Notes under the pieces: model-generated
The model's database searches: none
The model's input: the letters and a program-made list of their open reading frames with translations, nothing else
Told to the model about the DNA's origin: nothing
Program-made: the position numbers and the translations under genes
Shown: positions 9,078-18,965 of the stretch, piece by piece
Numbering within the stretch: position 1 is the first letter of the stretch
How the letters are laid out: each line of letters opens with the position of its first letter
Origin: Ignavibacteria bacterium
GTDB lineage: Bacteria; Bacteroidota; Ignavibacteria; Palsa-1295
Length of the DNA: 64,000 bases
Assembly: GCA_013287605.1 (NCBI GenBank)
Contig: JABDDM010000004.1
Coordinates: 233 to 64,232 of the forward strand
Reading direction: 5' to 3'

Positions 9078-10658
9078 TTACGGCTTCGAAGAGACTACTC
9101 GGAAGACTACTCTCCTGTTGAGCTGTCTGCCTTCCTCTGTTGTATTCGCATCGATCGGGTCTCGATCCCCCAATCCAGCCGCCGTTAACCTATCATTATT
9201 GATGCCAGCGCGCACAAGGTAGCTCACCACCGCTTCAGCTCGCGCCTGAGAAAGCTGAATATTATGCGCTGCCGTACCTATACTGTCAGTGTAACCTTCG
9301 ATCTTAGCGGTCAGGGTACGGTTGTGTTTCAGCAATGAGACAAGCTTGTTCAGCTCGTACTTTGAATCCTTACGAAGCACTGCCTGGTCAAAATCAAAAA
9401 AGATGTTCTTTAAAACAAAGCTGCTTCCTGCTTGTAAAGAATCGAGCTCAATGGTCAAGGTCACCTCTCGATAGAGAGCGGCATTCGTCAGATCCAGGTT
9501 ATCGCTGAATGGCAAGTAGTTTGGGGATTCGACTCTGAGTTCATAATTGTGACCCGACGGAAGCACAACCGCGAAATGGCCATTGAGAATATTCGTGATT
9601 GTCGATACGGTCGACGTGTCGCTCCCGATCGGAGTATAACTGACGCTCGCCTCGAGCGGCACATGTGCCTTATTAGTGACTTTGCCCGTCACGAGGATCA
9701 CAGGATTCGGACGAACGTCCTGGTTGAGGGACACAATGTACAAGTCCATGTGATTCGCACCGTTGGCGGAGGAATAATAGGCCACGTCTCCACTCGCCGG
9801 TATGCTATAATAAGCATCCATCCCAGGAGTATTCAACTCCGGTCCGAGATTCTTTGGGGTCGTCCAATTGACCCAGGAATCATCCAACCGCTTCGATACG
9901 AAGACATCCGCGTCCCCATATCCGCCGTGTCCTCTCGAAGAGAAATAGAGTGACTGACCATCGGCTGCAAGGAACGGAGCAAATTCATCTTGCGGCGTAT
10001 TGATCACGGGACCAAGGTTTTCAGGAGTGCCGTAATGATTGGTCGAGGCATCGATCAATCGCGAAACATAGAGATCGAGAGCGCCGTAGCCATCCTGTCG
10101 TTCAACGCTGAAGAGGATGTACTGAAAATCGGCACTGATGCACTGCGATGAGAACTGATTAGTATTGCTGTAGCCATCGATCGTTATCGAATCGATTTTC
10201 CAGCCTACGCGCGTATGTCGCGCAAAACAAAGACCGCTCACACGATTGTAGGCAAAATTCTTGATAAACAGTGTACTACCATCTGGCGAGACACCCGAGA
10301 TTGCGTCGTTACCTGTTGAATTTATGGGAGCACCAAGATTCACGGGCGCAGACCAGCCCCCGTTTGGAAGGCGTCTCGATACATAGCAATCCTGCAAGTG
10401 TTCGCTGCCAAGATTTTTTGGATTGCCGATCCCCATTGTGAAAAAGAGAAGCTTTCCATCCGGAGAGATGATCGGTGATAGTTCTGAATATTCGGAATTG
10501 ACTTCGTGTCCGAGATTCGTCTTCTTCAGGATTGGGCTGCGATCAATTTGCACCTTGTCCTTGGACTGCGCGAACGCGACAGACGCCGTCACCGACAGGA
10601 AAAGAACTACTAGGTAGAATGAACGAACGAGATACAAATCAAAAACGACGAATAACAA
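9078..10658 (-). CDS. OmpA-family protein with TolB/PD40-like beta-propeller repeats
   Basis: Signal peptide, SPDGKLLFF / SPDGSTLF / AADGQSLYFSS repeats, and a C-terminal OmpA domain (IEGYTDSIGTAAHNIQLSQARAEAV...NRRVVFRVV). The start is non-ATG (TTG). Confidence 0.8.
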   Translation of the reverse strand: MLFVVFDLYLVRSFYLVVLFLSVTASVAFAQSKDKVQIDRSPILKKTNLGHEVNSEYSELSPIISPDGKLLFFTMGIGNPKNLGSEHLQDCYVSRRLPNGGWSAPVNLGAPINSTGNDAISGVSPDGSTLFIKNFAYNRVSGLCFARHTRVGWKIDSITIDGYSNTNQFSSQCISADFQYILFSVERQDGYGALDLYVSRLIDASTNHYGTPENLGPVINTPQDEFAPFLAADGQSLYFSSRGHGGYGDADVFVSKRLDDSWVNWTTPKNLGPELNTPGMDAYYSIPASGDVAYYSSANGANHMDLYIVSLNQDVRPNPVILVTGKVTNKAHVPLEASVSYTPIGSDTSTVSTITNILNGHFAVVLPSGHNYELRVESPNYLPFSDNLDLTNAALYREVTLTIELDSLQAGSSFVLKNIFFDFDQAVLRKDSKYELNKLVSLLKHNRTLTAKIEGYTDSIGTAAHNIQLSQARAEAVVSYLVRAGINNDRLTAAGLGDRDPIDANTTEEGRQLNRRVVFRVVSSKP

Positions 10659-10760
10659 ATTTCACGCACACTCCGACTCAAGTACAGCCCCGAGCGGGTC
10701 CTAGGTACGATTCGGGCAACACACGATGCTATTGTGAGAGAGGATGAAAGAAGTTGTCTC

Positions 10761-10835
10761 TGGAGGCGCCGCGCAGATTCGAACTGCGGAATAAAGCTTT
10801 TGCAGAGCTCTGCCTTACCACTTGGCTACGGCGCC
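10761..10835 (-). tRNA. tRNA-Cys (GCA), CCA encoded
   Basis: Minus-strand read: GGCGCCG-TA-GCCAAGTGGTAAGGCA-GAGCT-CTGCAAA-AGCTT-TATTC-CGCAG-TTCGAAT-CTGCG-CGGCGCC-T-CCA. It forms a cloverleaf with a 7-bp acceptor stem, GCA anticodon, GTTCGAATC T-loop and U73 discriminator, which is typical of tRNA-Cys. Confidence 0.88.
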
Positions 10836-10981
10836 ATGACGAGAATGGTTACCCTTCTCGCGATGCACCGAAACTACGAAGCACCGTTTGATAGAGTTCC
10901 CTTTTCCCATTGGAAGGACCAGTTGTGAATATATTCGCAGCGAGAATAAGCTTACTCATGTTTCAATGAATCATCCGATTG

Positions 10982-11908
10982 ATGGAGATCCTGTCTGTTA
11001 CTGAGCTCACCAAGACGTTTGGTTCTCGGACCAAATCTGTACACGCATTACAGGGGGTCACCCTCTCTGTCAACCAGGGCGAGATATTCTCACTCCTGGG
11101 ACCCAATGGCGCTGGCAAGACGACCCTGATCAAGTGTGTGCTGGGCATCGTCTTCAATACCTCTGGCACTGGCACTGTGCTGGGCCAACCGCTTGGCTCG
11201 GTGCGCGCAAAAGATCGCATCGGTTATTTGCCAGAGAATCACAGATATCCGCTTCATTTAACCGGTGAGCAGGTCCTGGGTTATTTCGGTAAACTCTCCG
11301 GAGTAAGAGGATTGACACTCGAACGCAGGATCACCGAGACTCTCGGATTGGTAGGGATGTCTGAATGGAGAACGACAAAGGTTCGAAAGTACTCCAAAGG
11401 CATGATGCAGCGGCTTGGGCTTGCGCAGGCACTTATCAACGATCCCGACCTAATTATGCTCGATGAACCGACGGATGGCGTCGATCCCGTCGGCAGAAAG
11501 GAGATCCGAGATATTTTGGGTCACCTCAAAAGCGTTCGAAAGACAATTTTTCTCAACTCGCATCTGCTCTCAGAGGTAGAACAGGTTTCTGATCGAGTTG
11601 CGATCATGAACCACGGCAAGCTCATACGGGAAGGTACAATCGATTCTCTTCTTGCCTCGCCGAACAGATATGAAATCTCTGTCGCCTCAACTGGAATCCA
11701 GCAAGCTCGAGAGATTCTTGGCGCCCACGTAATTTCTCAGACCGATAATCTGCTGGAGACAGCATATGACTCGGTCGAGGCATTGAATCTTGGCATCGAT
11801 CAACTCCGCGGAGCAAATCTCATGATTGAAAGCATACATTCAAAACGAGCCAGCCTCGAAGATTTCTTCATCAAACTTGTCGGATCGTCGGAGGTAACCA
11901 AGCAATGA
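10982..11908 (+). CDS. ABC transporter ATP-binding protein (ABC-2 type)
   Basis: Walker A GPNGAGKTT, signature YSKGMMQRLGLA and Walker B LIMLDEPTDGVD. Confidence 0.9.
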   Translation: MEILSVTELTKTFGSRTKSVHALQGVTLSVNQGEIFSLLGPNGAGKTTLIKCVLGIVFNTSGTGTVLGQPLGSVRAKDRIGYLPENHRYPLHLTGEQVLGYFGKLSGVRGLTLERRITETLGLVGMSEWRTTKVRKYSKGMMQRLGLAQALINDPDLIMLDEPTDGVDPVGRKEIRDILGHLKSVRKTIFLNSHLLSEVEQVSDRVAIMNHGKLIREGTIDSLLASPNRYEISVASTGIQQAREILGAHVISQTDNLLETAYDSVEALNLGIDQLRGANLMIESIHSKRASLEDFFIKLVGSSEVTKQ

Positions 11909-12765
11909 TCAAGAAATTACTGTCGATTATTGGAGAGACTGTTCGTGAAGCACGGGCAAGGAAAACGCTGATCGGGTTCTTCATCTTTTCGACAATCATG
12001 ATCGTCGTTGCGCTGCTTATTTTCCAGAAGGATTCGATCCAGCAGAACGCGCACAAACTCGCCTCTGACGCGATCTCGAACAAGGGAAAAAACGGCAAGG
12101 TAACGATGGACCTCATGGCTGCGACGGTAATCGAATACGTCTGGTCGATCATTTCAGAGATGATTTTTTTCATGACCATCTGCATCGGCATATTCTCTAC
12201 AGCGGGGCTTATCACTTCGATCATGGAGAAAGGGACGATCGATCTCCTGTTGAGCAAGCCAGTACCTCGTTGGCTCTATGTTGTTGGTCGATACCTGGGA
12301 GCGCTCACGATCATTGTCTTTGAAGTGACCTATTTCGTACTCGGGTTGTGGATCGTAACCGGCATCAGCTTCGGTACATGGAGTCCAGCGTTCTTGCTAA
12401 CCATCATCTACATCTCGATTGGCTTTGCAGGAATTTTTGCCGTAACGGTCTTGATCGGCACGATGAGCCGATCAAGCTGGCTTGCGATCATCCTTGGTAT
12501 CACGATCTATTTTGTTACCGGAATCATTCTACCATTCGGCAAGTGGTTGGATAAGTTGATCAATGGTAGCGACTCAACCGGTGTCTTCACCGTGATTGCA
12601 GATATCGTCCATTGGACCATCCCCCAGATGAATGACATTGCGAGCAACATGGGCGAGGTGATTCTCGGCAAGCCCATGCTATTCACACCTTTGCTCGTGA
12701 CCCTTGGTCTCAGTGCTGCATATCTCGCTCTTTCTTCCTGGAGTTTTTCCAGGAAGGAGTTCTAA
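11905..12765 (+). CDS. ABC-2 family transporter permease
   Basis: ATGA start/stop overlap with the ATPase gene. About 6 hydrophobic helices, 286 aa. Confidence 0.7.
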   Translation: MIKKLLSIIGETVREARARKTLIGFFIFSTIMIVVALLIFQKDSIQQNAHKLASDAISNKGKNGKVTMDLMAATVIEYVWSIISEMIFFMTICIGIFSTAGLITSIMEKGTIDLLLSKPVPRWLYVVGRYLGALTIIVFEVTYFVLGLWIVTGISFGTWSPAFLLTIIYISIGFAGIFAVTVLIGTMSRSSWLAIILGITIYFVTGIILPFGKWLDKLINGSDSTGVFTVIADIVHWTIPQMNDIASNMGEVILGKPMLFTPLLVTLGLSAAYLALSSWSFSRKEF

Positions 12766-13316
12766 GGCTGCCACTCTACATCTGGAACTCCGGCAGCAAC
12801 ATTTGCAGCTCGGGCAAGAACGTAGAGGAGATCCGAAACACGATTTAGAAATATAATATCGTGCACTCCGATATTCTCCTTAGCGCTTAGCGTAACGAGA
12901 ATACGCTCCGCCCGCCGAGCCACCGTTCGAGCAAGATGAAGCCTTGCACTCGCTTCGCTCCCGCCAGGTAAAATGAATCGCTTTAGCTCTGGAAGAACAA
13001 TGTTGAATTGATCTATGAATTTCTCAAGTCGCTCAATTTGCTCCTGAGTAATCCGAGGGATTGCGAACTTGATCTTTTGATCTTTTGGAGTAGCGAGATC
13101 AGCGCCCAAAACAAAGAGATCATTCTGCAGCGACAGGATGACATTGTCGATATCCGTGCCTGCGATCAGTGCGGTTCGGACCAACCCAAGGATCGAGTTT
13201 AATTCATCGACGGTTCCATACGCTTCGATTCGGAAATCATCCTTTGAGACACGCTCGCCTCCGAAGAGTCCGGTAGTGCCATCATCGCCGGTCCGCGTGT
13301 ATATCTTAGCACTCAT
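12762..13316 (-). CDS. ATP:cob(I)alamin adenosyltransferase, PduO type
   Basis: N-terminus MSAKIYTRTGDDGTTGLFGGERVSKDD...IEAYGTVDELNS is the hallmark of the PduO/MMAB family. 184 aa. Confidence 0.85.
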   Translation of the reverse strand: MSAKIYTRTGDDGTTGLFGGERVSKDDFRIEAYGTVDELNSILGLVRTALIAGTDIDNVILSLQNDLFVLGADLATPKDQKIKFAIPRITQEQIERLEKFIDQFNIVLPELKRFILPGGSEASARLHLARTVARRAERILVTLSAKENIGVHDIIFLNRVSDLLYVLARAANVAAGVPDVEWQP

Positions 13317-13319
13317 GAA

Positions 13320-13694
13320 TTATTCCTCGATCTCGACTGAAGCATGGAGCAATTGCTTCACCATCTCGAGCTTCTTGCGTAAGGCTTCGATCTCAGGAGG
13401 ATTGATTGATTTCGCAACAGGTTTTTGATAGTAGATCTCGAGGGCGTTAAGCTCGATGAGCATATCCGTAAGCACTGTAAGCGCAGTCCTAAGCCGGCCC
13501 TTTGATTCTCCGGCCTTGAATATCTCTTCTTCGAGCAGCGAGCGGTATTCTTTCACGGATTGATCAGAATACGAATCGAAGCGGAACGTCTGAACCGAAG
13601 CGCCTGACGAGCGCACGGTTTCTCCGCCCACTGCGATCCATTGTAAAGACGATAGCCTGGCGCGAGCGACCCTCGAGCGCTTCCATCGCGCCAA
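13320..13694 (-). CDS. hypothetical small protein (coiled-coil-like C-terminal half); start uncertain
   Basis: ORF only. From about VQTFRFDSYSDQSVKEYRSLLEEEIF... the sequence looks protein-like, but the Arg-rich N-terminal 35 aa do not. TTG start in the track. Confidence 0.35.
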   Translation of the reverse strand: MARWKRSRVARARLSSLQWIAVGGETVRSSGASVQTFRFDSYSDQSVKEYRSLLEEEIFKAGESKGRLRTALTVLTDMLIELNALEIYYQKPVAKSINPPEIEALRKKLEMVKQLLHASVEIEE

Positions 13695-13702
13695 CGGCTG
13701 GA

Positions 13703-14422
13703 CTAACGGTGATCAGGAATAGAAACATCGCTCCTTTCGCCAGGTAATTGCGCATATGCTGTCGTTACTCCTAATTCCTTTTCGATCGTCTCGCGCTTCA
13801 GAACACCCTCGCGATAAATAATGATTCGATTTTCCTCGATGACACGCAAGATAGTGGACGGAAAATGTTCGGGAAGATTACCACCATCGATCGCGTAGTC
13901 CACCTGATCAATCAAGCCCTGTGGTACATCCGAAAGTTTTCTCGGAATAACGTCACCCATGGCTGCATCAGGGATGAGCCGATTGGAGAGGTTAGCCATC
14001 GTTGTTGTCAGTGGTTCGGCAAGCCGTTCGGTGAAGAGCCGGCAAAGCTCAGTTGATGCCAGTCGGACACCAAGTGTATTCGCGCCGCCGCGAACTCTTG
14101 TAGAGACGAAAGCCCTCGCATCAAGCACAACGGTTAACCCTTCGGCTCCAAAACATTCGAACAGTCGATATTCGAGTCCAAATCTGAACTGCGCAAACGA
14201 CTCTGCCTGGCGGAGATCGTAGGTGATACTAAGCAATGCGCGCGAGCGCTCTCTATCTTTAAGTGCGAAAATCTTTTCCGTTGCATTCGCAGAACTCAAC
14301 GCACCGCCAATGCCATAGACCGTCTCGGTTGGATAGATGATCACCCCGCCTTTGCGAAGACACTCAAATATTTCCTCAAGGCGGGTCTCGTCTCGCAGTA
14401 TAAGACTCTCGCTGATGATCAT
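13703..14422 (-). CDS. tsaC: L-threonylcarbamoyladenylate synthase (YrdC/Sua5/TsaC family)
   Basis: GGVIIYPTETVYGIGG motif and YrdC-domain length. ATGA overlap with the upstream heptosyltransferase gene. Confidence 0.8.
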   Translation of the reverse strand: MIISESLILRDETRLEEIFECLRKGGVIIYPTETVYGIGGALSSANATEKIFALKDRERSRALLSITYDLRQAESFAQFRFGLEYRLFECFGAEGLTVVLDARAFVSTRVRGGANTLGVRLASTELCRLFTERLAEPLTTTMANLSNRLIPDAAMGDVIPRKLSDVPQGLIDQVDYAIDGGNLPEHFPSTILRVIEENRIIIYREGVLKRETIEKELGVTTAYAQLPGERSDVSIPDHR

Positions 14423-15387
14423 TGAACGCGGGTAATTAAGAAAGTGGCTTCAAGTACCTGATCTACCGAGATGCGTTTCATGCAGTCATGCGTGTGAATG
14501 GGACAAACTTCTGGTCCATGAGAGGTGCACGGTCTGCACCATACCTCAGATTCTACAACTGCTCCCCATTCACTAGGCGGTGCGAAACCGAATTCAGACA
14601 CTGTGGGACCGAAGATCGCAACGACAGGTGTGCGAACTGCAGTTGCAATATGAACTGGAGCGCTATCGTTAGCAATCACAACTTGAGCGCAAGCGATGAT
14701 CGAAGCTGCTTCGACGAAAGAAGTCTGCCCTGTAAGATCAACACAGAGCGCATTACCTGACGCGACGATTGCCCCTCGTTGGTGATCATTTATAGCTCCG
14801 ATGATCACGCTGGGAATGGATTGCTCCTCAAATGTCGCAACCACAGACTGAAACCGCTCCGCTCCCCAGCACTTTGTTGCCCATACACTGCCAGGGGCGA
14901 CAACAATATATTCCGATGGAAGATTGAATTTCCCGTTTATCATTGGCGGCGCAAGCCGTGGTAAAGTCTTGCCAGAAAATCCCTGATAGTCTTGAGAAAG
15001 AATACTGATAAACACTTCGCTTCGTGGTCTTCCAGCGAGGTGTTGGTCATCGAGAAAGCGTATGTTCGGGATATGCGATCGCTCGATCAGCGCGCTATTC
15101 CGAGTCGAAGGATTTAACACGAACGCTACATCATAAGCCCCTTCCGTCAACTCACCGGCCATTCTCTTGATCCCTTCGACTCCAGTATCACTGCCATATT
15201 TGTCGAATGACTTCACTTCATCGATGGCAGGCGCACATCTGATAAGGTCAGCAACTTCTGGCCTGACCAGATAGGTGATAGTTGTCTCGGGTTGGAGACG
15301 TTTAATCTCTTCTGCGACGGCAGTAGCGATCACAGCATCGCCCGGGAATGCAGTCTCGACAACGAGGACTCGATTAAATTTTGGCAT
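14419..15387 (-). CDS. glycosyltransferase family 9 (LPS heptosyltransferase-like)
   Basis: RVLVVETAFPGDAVIATAVAEEIKR N-terminus and a ...VIANDSAPVHIATAVRTPVVAIFGPT C-terminal motif. The ATG at 15387 is preferred over the track start at 15441. Confidence 0.8.
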   Translation of the reverse strand: MPKFNRVLVVETAFPGDAVIATAVAEEIKRLQPETTITYLVRPEVADLIRCAPAIDEVKSFDKYGSDTGVEGIKRMAGELTEGAYDVAFVLNPSTRNSALIERSHIPNIRFLDDQHLAGRPRSEVFISILSQDYQGFSGKTLPRLAPPMINGKFNLPSEYIVVAPGSVWATKCWGAERFQSVVATFEEQSIPSVIIGAINDHQRGAIVASGNALCVDLTGQTSFVEAASIIACAQVVIANDSAPVHIATAVRTPVVAIFGPTVSEFGFAPPSEWGAVVESEVWCRPCTSHGPEVCPIHTHDCMKRISVDQVLEATFLITRVQ

Positions 15388-16186
15388 GTTTCCATCGCTT
15401 ATGCTGCCAGAGCCACTCACTGGGATGCTCGATGATCGCATGCTCGAGGAGTGCAGTGTGGCGACGGGTTAGTTCTCGAACATTTTCTTCAGAATCGCCT
15501 TTGAGGTCAGCATACTCTATCGTTTCAAATCTGACAGCGTAACGACCGTCCGAGAGCCTGGTTGGAGCGTAAAAGATCATTTCTGCCCGTGTCCTTAGTG
15601 CGAGTCTTGCAGCGCCCTCGAATGTCGGTACCTCTCTGCCAAAGAATGGCACGCGAACACTATCAGCCGGTGCAGCCTGATCGGTAAGCATTGACACAGC
15701 TTCCCCTCGTTGAAGAGCACGAAAGAGCGTCAATACGTCGCCGGCATTAACTAACTGTCCGCCGAACCGCTGCCTCATCCTTGAAACGAAGCGTTCTGCA
15801 AATCCCTTAGTCTGGTTCTTTACAACAAGATAGAACGACTTCTTGAGAAAAAGATTAAAGCCTATTCCACCCCACTCCCAGTTAGAAAGATGACCACTAA
15901 GAATGAGAACGCCTTTACCAGATTCAAGAGCGGATTGAAGAATCTCGGGATTGACAAGTTGAAGACCGTAACGGAATGTATCGCGACTTGCGAACCGCAG
16001 ATAAAGCATCTCGGCGAAAACCCTTCCGAGATTGACGTAAGATGCTGAAGCGATTCGACGAATGTGGGCCTCGGACTCAAGAGGAAATGCATGCCTAAGA
16101 TTTTGCAGGGTTACATCTCGTCTGATCCCCAACCAATAGGCGACAAGGGCTAACGTACTGCCGATCAGATCAAGTAGTTGGCGCAA
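15374..16186 (-). CDS. lipid A biosynthesis (lauroyl/myristoyl) acyltransferase, LpxL/HtrB family
   Basis: Sequence is NLRHAFP...GKGVLILSGHLSNWEW, containing the H(X4)E/D acyltransferase motif. 270 aa with a TTG start. Confidence 0.75.
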   Translation of the reverse strand: MRQLLDLIGSTLALVAYWLGIRRDVTLQNLRHAFPLESEAHIRRIASASYVNLGRVFAEMLYLRFASRDTFRYGLQLVNPEILQSALESGKGVLILSGHLSNWEWGGIGFNLFLKKSFYLVVKNQTKGFAERFVSRMRQRFGGQLVNAGDVLTLFRALQRGEAVSMLTDQAAPADSVRVPFFGREVPTFEGAARLALRTRAEMIFYAPTRLSDGRYAVRFETIEYADLKGDSEENVRELTRRHTALLEHAIIEHPSEWLWQHKRWKHAKI

Positions 16187-16201
16187 AAGAGGCGCTCTCG
16201 A

Positions 16202-17698
16202 TCAAAAAGTTTTTTTTGCGTCGCGAGTGTACCAATCGGGTTCGGAGGTCTCACCTTTCACGTTGCTGTGGATCAACACATACTTTCCGGCGCCCTGACG
16301 ATCAATGAAAATGAAGTGCGGAAGTGAGGGTGTGTATTTCAGTTCACCAGTCTCTTCTCCCAGATTTGAGTTCACAATCATGTTCATATTGGTGTATTCC
16401 CAGACGACTGAGGGAAGTGCATCTGTTGTAAATGGTTTGCTAAATTCACGATCGCATGGTCCGTAAGTCATATAGATCCTGCCCATATCGCTCTTCCATC
16501 CGACTGTTTTCTGATGGGTAAATCTCTTATTCGCCTCTTCTGTACGCTGAGCGTAAATGCGGTAGAAGTCGAGCGGCTTATCGGTAGGCTTGTCAAACTT
16601 TCTCCAGAAATTGAAGAAGAACTTTCGCTTGGCTTCTGAATCAGTGATTGTCTTCCAGGCTTTCTTGTCATCGGCGCTTGCTATGTATCGTGCCTGTTCA
16701 AATCGCTCGTTCAGCTCGTTGTCTGACATCTTGCTTATGTCAGCGTTCAGATAGATCCCCTGGTCATCTGTTGGAGTAGTTGGTGCTGCTGCCGCAGCGC
16801 TTTCTTCAGAAAGTTTGATACTGCTCTCATAATAAAATGTCTTTGCAGCGCGAGCCTCTTCATTCCCATTACGACTCGCAGAGATGATCAGTTTGTAGCT
16901 ATCACCGGGCAGGCCGTCAACATCAAGACTGCCGAGAACAGGAATCGATTGGGCGATGAGCTCCTGATTGCGTGTTGTATTGACAAGCGTGTGGCCGGCA
17001 CCATCCTGGATCACAGCGGTAATTTGGGCAGTCGTCCCAGCTTTTACAAGTGATGCCGGAAGATAGAGTTCTGCATAATAAAAGAGCTTGTTGTACATCT
17101 CTCCGAAAACTGACGATGGATTAGGAGTAACGATATAGCCGACCTTCTCCAGCGGATTTCCATCGGTGGTTGCCTTTTCCAAATTCGAGGCAAGCTCGAT
17201 GGAGCTAAGTGACAATCGATCAGTAAAGAGTTCTGGAACGGGGACATCCCGCACTAAGGTGGAATCGGTACCAATTGATCCATCCTTCCGCTTGTATCTC
17301 CATAGAAGCACTACGTGTACAGGGACCCCATACCCAATGGGAAGATTTGCCACACCCACTACTTTGGTCGCTCCCGCCGACTCGAATTCGTGCTTTGTCC
17401 CAGTGAAATGTACTTGCTGCTGAACCTCTTGGCTCGCAACGAGTTTGCCCGACTGCCACGCTTCAGCCCTGGCGTTGATGGGTGCCGTCCAGCCGCCCTT
17501 ATCAGGCGAAAAACTCAATGTTTGGTAGAGGATCCCATAGTCGATCTCGACCATTGCCTTGGCTGAATCGAGTCTGAATGCCGTAGCATCCATCTCCGCT
17601 CCTCCAGCGGGTGTCTCCTGCGCCTCTGCAATCGGAACATGATTGCTGACGAGCAATGCAGTTAGGAATAGTCCAAGAACGAAATGTTTCATGATCAT
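16202..17698 (-). CDS. GWxTD domain-containing secreted protein
   Basis: Signal peptide MIMKHFVLGLFLTALLVSNHVPIAEAQ (ATG 17698 or 17692). C-terminal region ...FWRKFD...YAQRTEEANKRF...GWKSDMGRIYMTYGPCD matches the GWxTD signature. Confidence 0.7.
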   Translation of the reverse strand: MIMKHFVLGLFLTALLVSNHVPIAEAQETPAGGAEMDATAFRLDSAKAMVEIDYGILYQTLSFSPDKGGWTAPINARAEAWQSGKLVASQEVQQQVHFTGTKHEFESAGATKVVGVANLPIGYGVPVHVVLLWRYKRKDGSIGTDSTLVRDVPVPELFTDRLSLSSIELASNLEKATTDGNPLEKVGYIVTPNPSSVFGEMYNKLFYYAELYLPASLVKAGTTAQITAVIQDGAGHTLVNTTRNQELIAQSIPVLGSLDVDGLPGDSYKLIISASRNGNEEARAAKTFYYESSIKLSEESAAAAAPTTPTDDQGIYLNADISKMSDNELNERFEQARYIASADDKKAWKTITDSEAKRKFFFNFWRKFDKPTDKPLDFYRIYAQRTEEANKRFTHQKTVGWKSDMGRIYMTYGPCDREFSKPFTTDALPSVVWEYTNMNMIVNSNLGEETGELKYTPSLPHFIFIDRQGAGKYVLIHSNVKGETSEPDWYTRDAKKTF

Positions 17699-17816
17699 CC
17701 AATTGCTACGACATGACACGTGAATGGGTTTCGGGAACGACGGATACTCCCCCAAAATAGTTCGAGCGCCCTCGAGGATGAAAGCGCTCAAGACTAACTG
17801 TAAATCCTTCGACCTA

Positions 17817-18860
17817 TTACTGGAAGGCAGCGCTGATCGAGATCCTGTGGATCAGTCCAAATGTTCGCGTCGGCGAGATCGCGTAATCAATGTTTCCGTT
17901 AAAATCTTCCGACTTATACCGGACGCCTAGACCGCCGGCAATTCCCAACTGATCCTGGTTAAAGGCGTATCCTGCTCTCAGGGCAAGGAGGTCATTCCAA
18001 AGATATTCTCCACCAAGATTTATCGTCTCTGCATTGTCCGAATGAGTGGCGAAGTCAACGGCGACGTTCAATTTCTGGCCCTCAATTTTCCCCTGAAAAA
18101 TATCGGTTGCTACACCAATGCGGAAAGTAAGAGGAATTGGAAAATCGCTGGTAACCAAGCGCGTATCAAGTTGGCGACCCACCACGTTGAGCGAAGGATT
18201 ATTTGCCAGCAAGGCTAATGAATTCCCGGTGAAGCCACGATCAGGTCCGAGATTAGAGAGATCAAGAGAGATCTTCATATTATAGAAGTCGGTCTGATAC
18301 AGCGAACCAGCATCGAAGGAAATACCATCGGCAGAAAGGTCGAGGATGGCGTTATGGATATACCTGGCCGTCACACCGAACGAGAATCGATCCGTTAGTG
18401 CACCAGCAAGGGTGAGTCCGATTGCAAGGTCATTCGCATTGAATGTCCCTGCATTGTAGTCTTTATCGATCGTAGCCTTACGCATGGAGCCGTAATCGAC
18501 GAACGTCATACTAATACCCGCGCGATACTTCTCACTAATAGGGAGAACCGCACCTACAAAGTTATGCGAAATATCCCCAAACCACCGAGTATATGTTGCG
18601 CCGACATTTATGCCATTTCCGATCTTTGCGATACCAGCCGGATTCCAATAGAGCGCCGTAATGTCGTCAGCGAGAGCGCTGAACGCGCCTCCCATTGCTG
18701 CTGCACGAGCACCTACCCAGATATTCTGGAATGTTGCGCCCGTCGAACCGACATTAGTGAAATTGGAATTCGTCGTTGTAGTTGCCGTTCCCTGAGCATG
18801 AACCAGGCTGCTCGATGCAAACCCAGCCACAATCAATAGCGACAACCCAAAACGACGCAT
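17817..18860 (-). CDS. PorV/PorQ- or FadL-like outer-membrane beta-barrel
   Basis: Signal peptide MRRFGLSLLIVAGFASSSLVHAQG, then GARAAAMGGAFSALADDITALYWNPAGIA, the N-terminal hatch-like motif shared by FadL/PorV-type barrels. It ends in ...ISISAAFQ. Confidence 0.55.
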   Translation of the reverse strand: MRRFGLSLLIVAGFASSSLVHAQGTATTTTNSNFTNVGSTGATFQNIWVGARAAAMGGAFSALADDITALYWNPAGIAKIGNGINVGATYTRWFGDISHNFVGAVLPISEKYRAGISMTFVDYGSMRKATIDKDYNAGTFNANDLAIGLTLAGALTDRFSFGVTARYIHNAILDLSADGISFDAGSLYQTDFYNMKISLDLSNLGPDRGFTGNSLALLANNPSLNVVGRQLDTRLVTSDFPIPLTFRIGVATDIFQGKIEGQKLNVAVDFATHSDNAETINLGGEYLWNDLLALRAGYAFNQDQLGIAGGLGVRYKSEDFNGNIDYAISPTRTFGLIHRISISAAFQ

Positions 18861-18965
18861 GCTTGGCAGTGACACTTTAGACGTATAAACCATACTGTTC
18901 ATCAACTCTTTGAAACTTCGAATTACCTGATCCTGAAGACACCCGGGTATCACAGGGGTCCACAG

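Noticed and set aside
13564-13755. 63-aa ORF beginning with a convincing signal-peptide-like MRNYLAKGAMFLFLITVSPAVGA. It lies one frame off the 124-aa hypothetical ORF and overlaps the tsaC 3' end, which raises the possibility of a frameshifted secreted protein.
   Set aside because: Both frames are Arg-rich and unprotein-like across the putative junction (13600-13694). No homopolymer or slippery site is evident. A later internal start for the 124-aa ORF is the simpler explanation. This cannot be resolved without homologs.
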